This document shows, in pieces, positions 61,650-64,000 of a stretch of 64,000 nt of DNA (positions are counted from its first letter, which is position 1; every line of letters begins with the position of its first letter). The DNA lies in the NCBI GenBank assembly GCA_963765205.1, contig CAVXVB010000009.1:256001-320000 (forward strand). The letters run 5' to 3'. A model generated the notes under the pieces. It did no database searches. It was not told where the DNA came from and worked only from the letters and a program-made list of their open reading frames with translations. The position numbers and the translations under genes were made by a program. This DNA comes from an uncultured Verrucomicrobiae bacterium. GTDB lineage: Bacteria > Verrucomicrobiota > Verrucomicrobiia > Opitutales > JABDGR01.

Positions 61650-62470
61650 CAGGAGGGCGGCGGTTGGGGCAAATCTTCGGGCGGCGGGCGCGGGGCGCGC
61701 TGGTTTTGCAGGTGTTCGTAAAGGAGGGAATAACGATAGAAGGTCGCGTAGCCCATGTAACACGCGATGTAAAAGCCGGGAAAACCGTCGAGGAATCCGA
61801 ACCGCAGAACGTACCCGCGAAAAAACCGCCAGTGGGCGCGAAAGATGGCGTTGGCCGCCGACCAGCGCGCCTTGCGCTCGAGTTGCCGGCGCAGAAAGAT
61901 GTCCCCAAAATAGCCGATTTTTTGCAAATGGTCGCGCAGGCTGGGGCAGGTGTAGTGATGCAGGTCGCCGGCCAGTTTGGCCGCCGGGCCGTCCAATTCC
62001 ATTTTATCATGCTCGGAACTGCCGCCCCACTTTCCGCGCCCGCGTCGAATCAGGCGCAGGCTGTGGTCGGGATACCAGTCGCCGTGCTTGATCCAGCGGC
62101 CGAGAAACCAGACTTTGCGCGGGAAAAAGGCCCCGGCGAATTTCGCATCGTCGCGCCGCACAAATTCCCGGATGCTGGCGGCCAGCGCCTGCGAAACCTC
62201 TTCGTCGGCATCCAGGCACAAGACCCAGCGCTGCGTGGCGTAGCCGAGCGCGAGATTTTTTTGGTCGCGGTGACCCTGCCAGGGATGTTCGTAAACGCGC
62301 GCGCCATATTTTTTCGCTAGGGCGGCGGTGTCGTCCGTGCAATCGTTGATGACGACGACGATTTCTGCGGCCCACGGCGCTACACTGTCGAGGCAGCGCG
62401 GCAGGTTGGCGGCCTCGTTGCGCGCGATGAGCACAAGGCTGAGCGGCAGTTTTTCGGCGGGAGCGTTCAT
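61649..62470 (-). CDS. Glycosyltransferase family 2 (WaaE/KdtX-like LPS glucosyltransferase)
   Basis: IARNEA.NL..CL.SV, QKN.AL, WVLCLDADE, GFLDG..G. Confidence 0.88.
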   Translation of the reverse strand: MNAPAEKLPLSLVLIARNEAANLPRCLDSVAPWAAEIVVVINDCTDDTAALAKKYGARVYEHPWQGHRDQKNLALGYATQRWVLCLDADEEVSQALAASIREFVRRDDAKFAGAFFPRKVWFLGRWIKHGDWYPDHSLRLIRRGRGKWGGSSEHDKMELDGPAAKLAGDLHHYTCPSLRDHLQKIGYFGDIFLRRQLERKARWSAANAIFRAHWRFFRGYVLRFGFLDGFPGFYIACYMGYATFYRYSLLYEHLQNQRAPRPPPEDLPQPPPS

Positions 62471-63495
62471 GGCTGCGCGGCCGCCGGTTTGGCGAGGGCT
62501 TGTTGGATGCGCGCCCAGACCGCGCTGGAAGTGATGGCGGCCATGCAAGGGCTGGAGGCGTGGCACTCGTGCCAGTGTCCGCTGCATGGGCAGAGGCCCC
62601 CCTGCACGACTTGGTGCAACGGCCCCAGCGGCGCCCAGCGCGAGGCCGCCGTCGGGCCGAACAACCCAATCGTCGGCACGCCCAGCCCCGCGGCGAGGTG
62701 CAATGGCGCGGTGTCGGGCGAAACAAACAGACTCGCCCGCGCGACCACCGCGAGAAACCGGTCCAAATCGAGGCCGGGCGGCAGGGTGGGCGCCTTGGGC
62801 ATAGCCCCCCATACCTCGGCGAGGAGAGCCTGTTCGCGAGCACTTGGCCCCGCCGACAGACAGACTGGTATGTCTGTCGCCCGTGCGCGGTCGAATAAAT
62901 CCACCCAATTCGAAGCCGGCCATTCCTTCTTCGGCTGGCTGGTCGAAAGATGAAATATCACCGGATGACCGGGTAAAATCTGTGCGGCCTCGGCGGCCAG
63001 GGCTGGGTTGGCCCGCACGTCCAGGCGGGGGGAGGGGGGGAAGGGGATATCCCAGGCGCTGAGGACGTGCAAATCGCGCACAATCTCGTGCCGCGTCGGG
63101 TCCGCCTCCTCGATGCCGCGTGTGTAGGCCAGCCGCCGCAGCCGGTGCCCATGGGGGGTGGTCACCCCGAGGCGCTCCTTTGCGCCAATCAAGCGGCTGA
63201 GAATCGCCCCGCGGTCGTTGCCCACGAAGTCCACGCTGCGGTCGAATTTTTCGCGCTGCAAGGCGCGGATGATGGGCCAGCTTTCAGTGAAACGCGCCCG
63301 GCCCCGCGTGCGTGGCAGCGCCCAGACTTTGTCCAGCCACGGCAAATGGCGCAGCAGCGGCGCGGCGTCCTCGGCCACCAGCGCGTGCAGCTCGGCCTCC
63401 GGCCACTGGTTGCGCAAGGCGCGCAACGCCGGCACGGCCACGACAACGTCGCCGAGGTATTTGAATTTGATGGCCAGGATTTTGAGCTTCGCCAC
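62467..63495 (-). CDS. Glycosyltransferase family 9 (heptosyltransferase-like)
   Basis: KILAIKFKYLGDVV; K.W; DTAPLHLAAGLGVPTIGLFGPT. Confidence 0.9.
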   Translation of the reverse strand: MAKLKILAIKFKYLGDVVVAVPALRALRNQWPEAELHALVAEDAAPLLRHLPWLDKVWALPRTRGRARFTESWPIIRALQREKFDRSVDFVGNDRGAILSRLIGAKERLGVTTPHGHRLRRLAYTRGIEEADPTRHEIVRDLHVLSAWDIPFPPSPRLDVRANPALAAEAAQILPGHPVIFHLSTSQPKKEWPASNWVDLFDRARATDIPVCLSAGPSAREQALLAEVWGAMPKAPTLPPGLDLDRFLAVVARASLFVSPDTAPLHLAAGLGVPTIGLFGPTAASRWAPLGPLHQVVQGGLCPCSGHWHECHASSPCMAAITSSAVWARIQQALAKPAAAQP

Positions 63496-63604
63496 AAGCC
63501 GGACTGTAAATGGCCGAATGAAAAATGCAAAAGGCAAAATGGAATGGAGAAGACAGGCCAAATTTTCCATTTTCCATTTTCCATCCTCCATTATACGCTG
63601 CCTC

Positions 63605-64000
63605 ATGCCCCGCCCCGGCGTCGAATTTTTTCACAGCGTATCGCCGTCCGCGCGCGTGCTCGTGCTCGACCTGGGTTTTCTGGGTGACACGATTCAGTTG
63701 ATTCCCGCGCTGGCGGCTGTCCGCCGCGCTTTGCCCTCGGCGCGGCTGGAGGTGATGGTCTCCGAGCATATTATGAGCCTGCTGGCGGTGTGCCCGTGGT
63801 TGGATGCGGTGCGCGGCTACCCACGTTTTCCCAAAGGGCCGCCGTGGTATAAGAATTTTGGCCGCGTGTGCGCCCTGCGGGCGGAGCACTACGACGCAGT
63901 CATCAACCTGAACGGCTCCGACCGTTCGAGCATTCTGACACGGCTGACGGGCGCGCCCTTGCGCCTCGGGCGCGTGCCGCCGAAGGTTTCGATGTTTTGG
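63605..64000 (+). CDS. Glycosyltransferase family 9, partial (runs off the window)
   Basis: Manual translation MPRPGVEFF...RVLVLDLGFLGDTIQLIPAL..VRRALP.A.LEVMV. Confidence 0.8.
   Translation, partial: MPRPGVEFFHSVSPSARVLVLDLGFLGDTIQLIPALAAVRRALPSARLEVMVSEHIMSLLAVCPWLDAVRGYPRFPKGPPWYKNFGRVCALRAEHYDAVINLNGSDRSSILTRLTGAPLRLGRVPPKVSMFW

Overview
GC-rich bacterial chromosomal window. Gene content and repeat families suggest Verrucomicrobiota (Opitutae-like), which is an inference. A housekeeping backbone (hmuUV-like, aroG-type DAHP synthase, carA, coaC, leuA, ahcY-metK, lpxK, panD, rhamnose catabolism, dapB, ruvA, glgC, glmS, PilT-type ATPase, moaA/mocA, LPS glycosyltransferases) is interspersed with AT-rich accessory inserts. 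Clearest structures read from the sequence: (1) a complete 3.49-kb IS1595-family cargo transposon with perfect 24-bp TIRs and an 8-bp TSD. It carries a membrane-anchored HNH nuclease and small Zn-ribbon ORFs on both sides of the transposase, has a degenerate internal TIR that doubles as the transposase promoter, and splits a DUF2971-like gene. (2) A membrane-anchored ECF sigma factor with a long W-x-x-x-D-P-x-A-A repeat ectodomain, knocked out by an 882-bp IS5 element and a G8 frameshift, followed by an intact sigma-less paralogue. (3) REP-like palindromes and heptamer repeats inserted in frame inside protein-coding genes. (4) A Leu-rich leader peptide/attenuator before leuA. (5) Tandem Tat-exported IorAB-type molybdoenzyme pairs. 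(6) Frameshifted Fic and YafQ-type toxins. (7) Many apparently leaderless genes. No rRNA, tRNA or CRISPR array was recognised.
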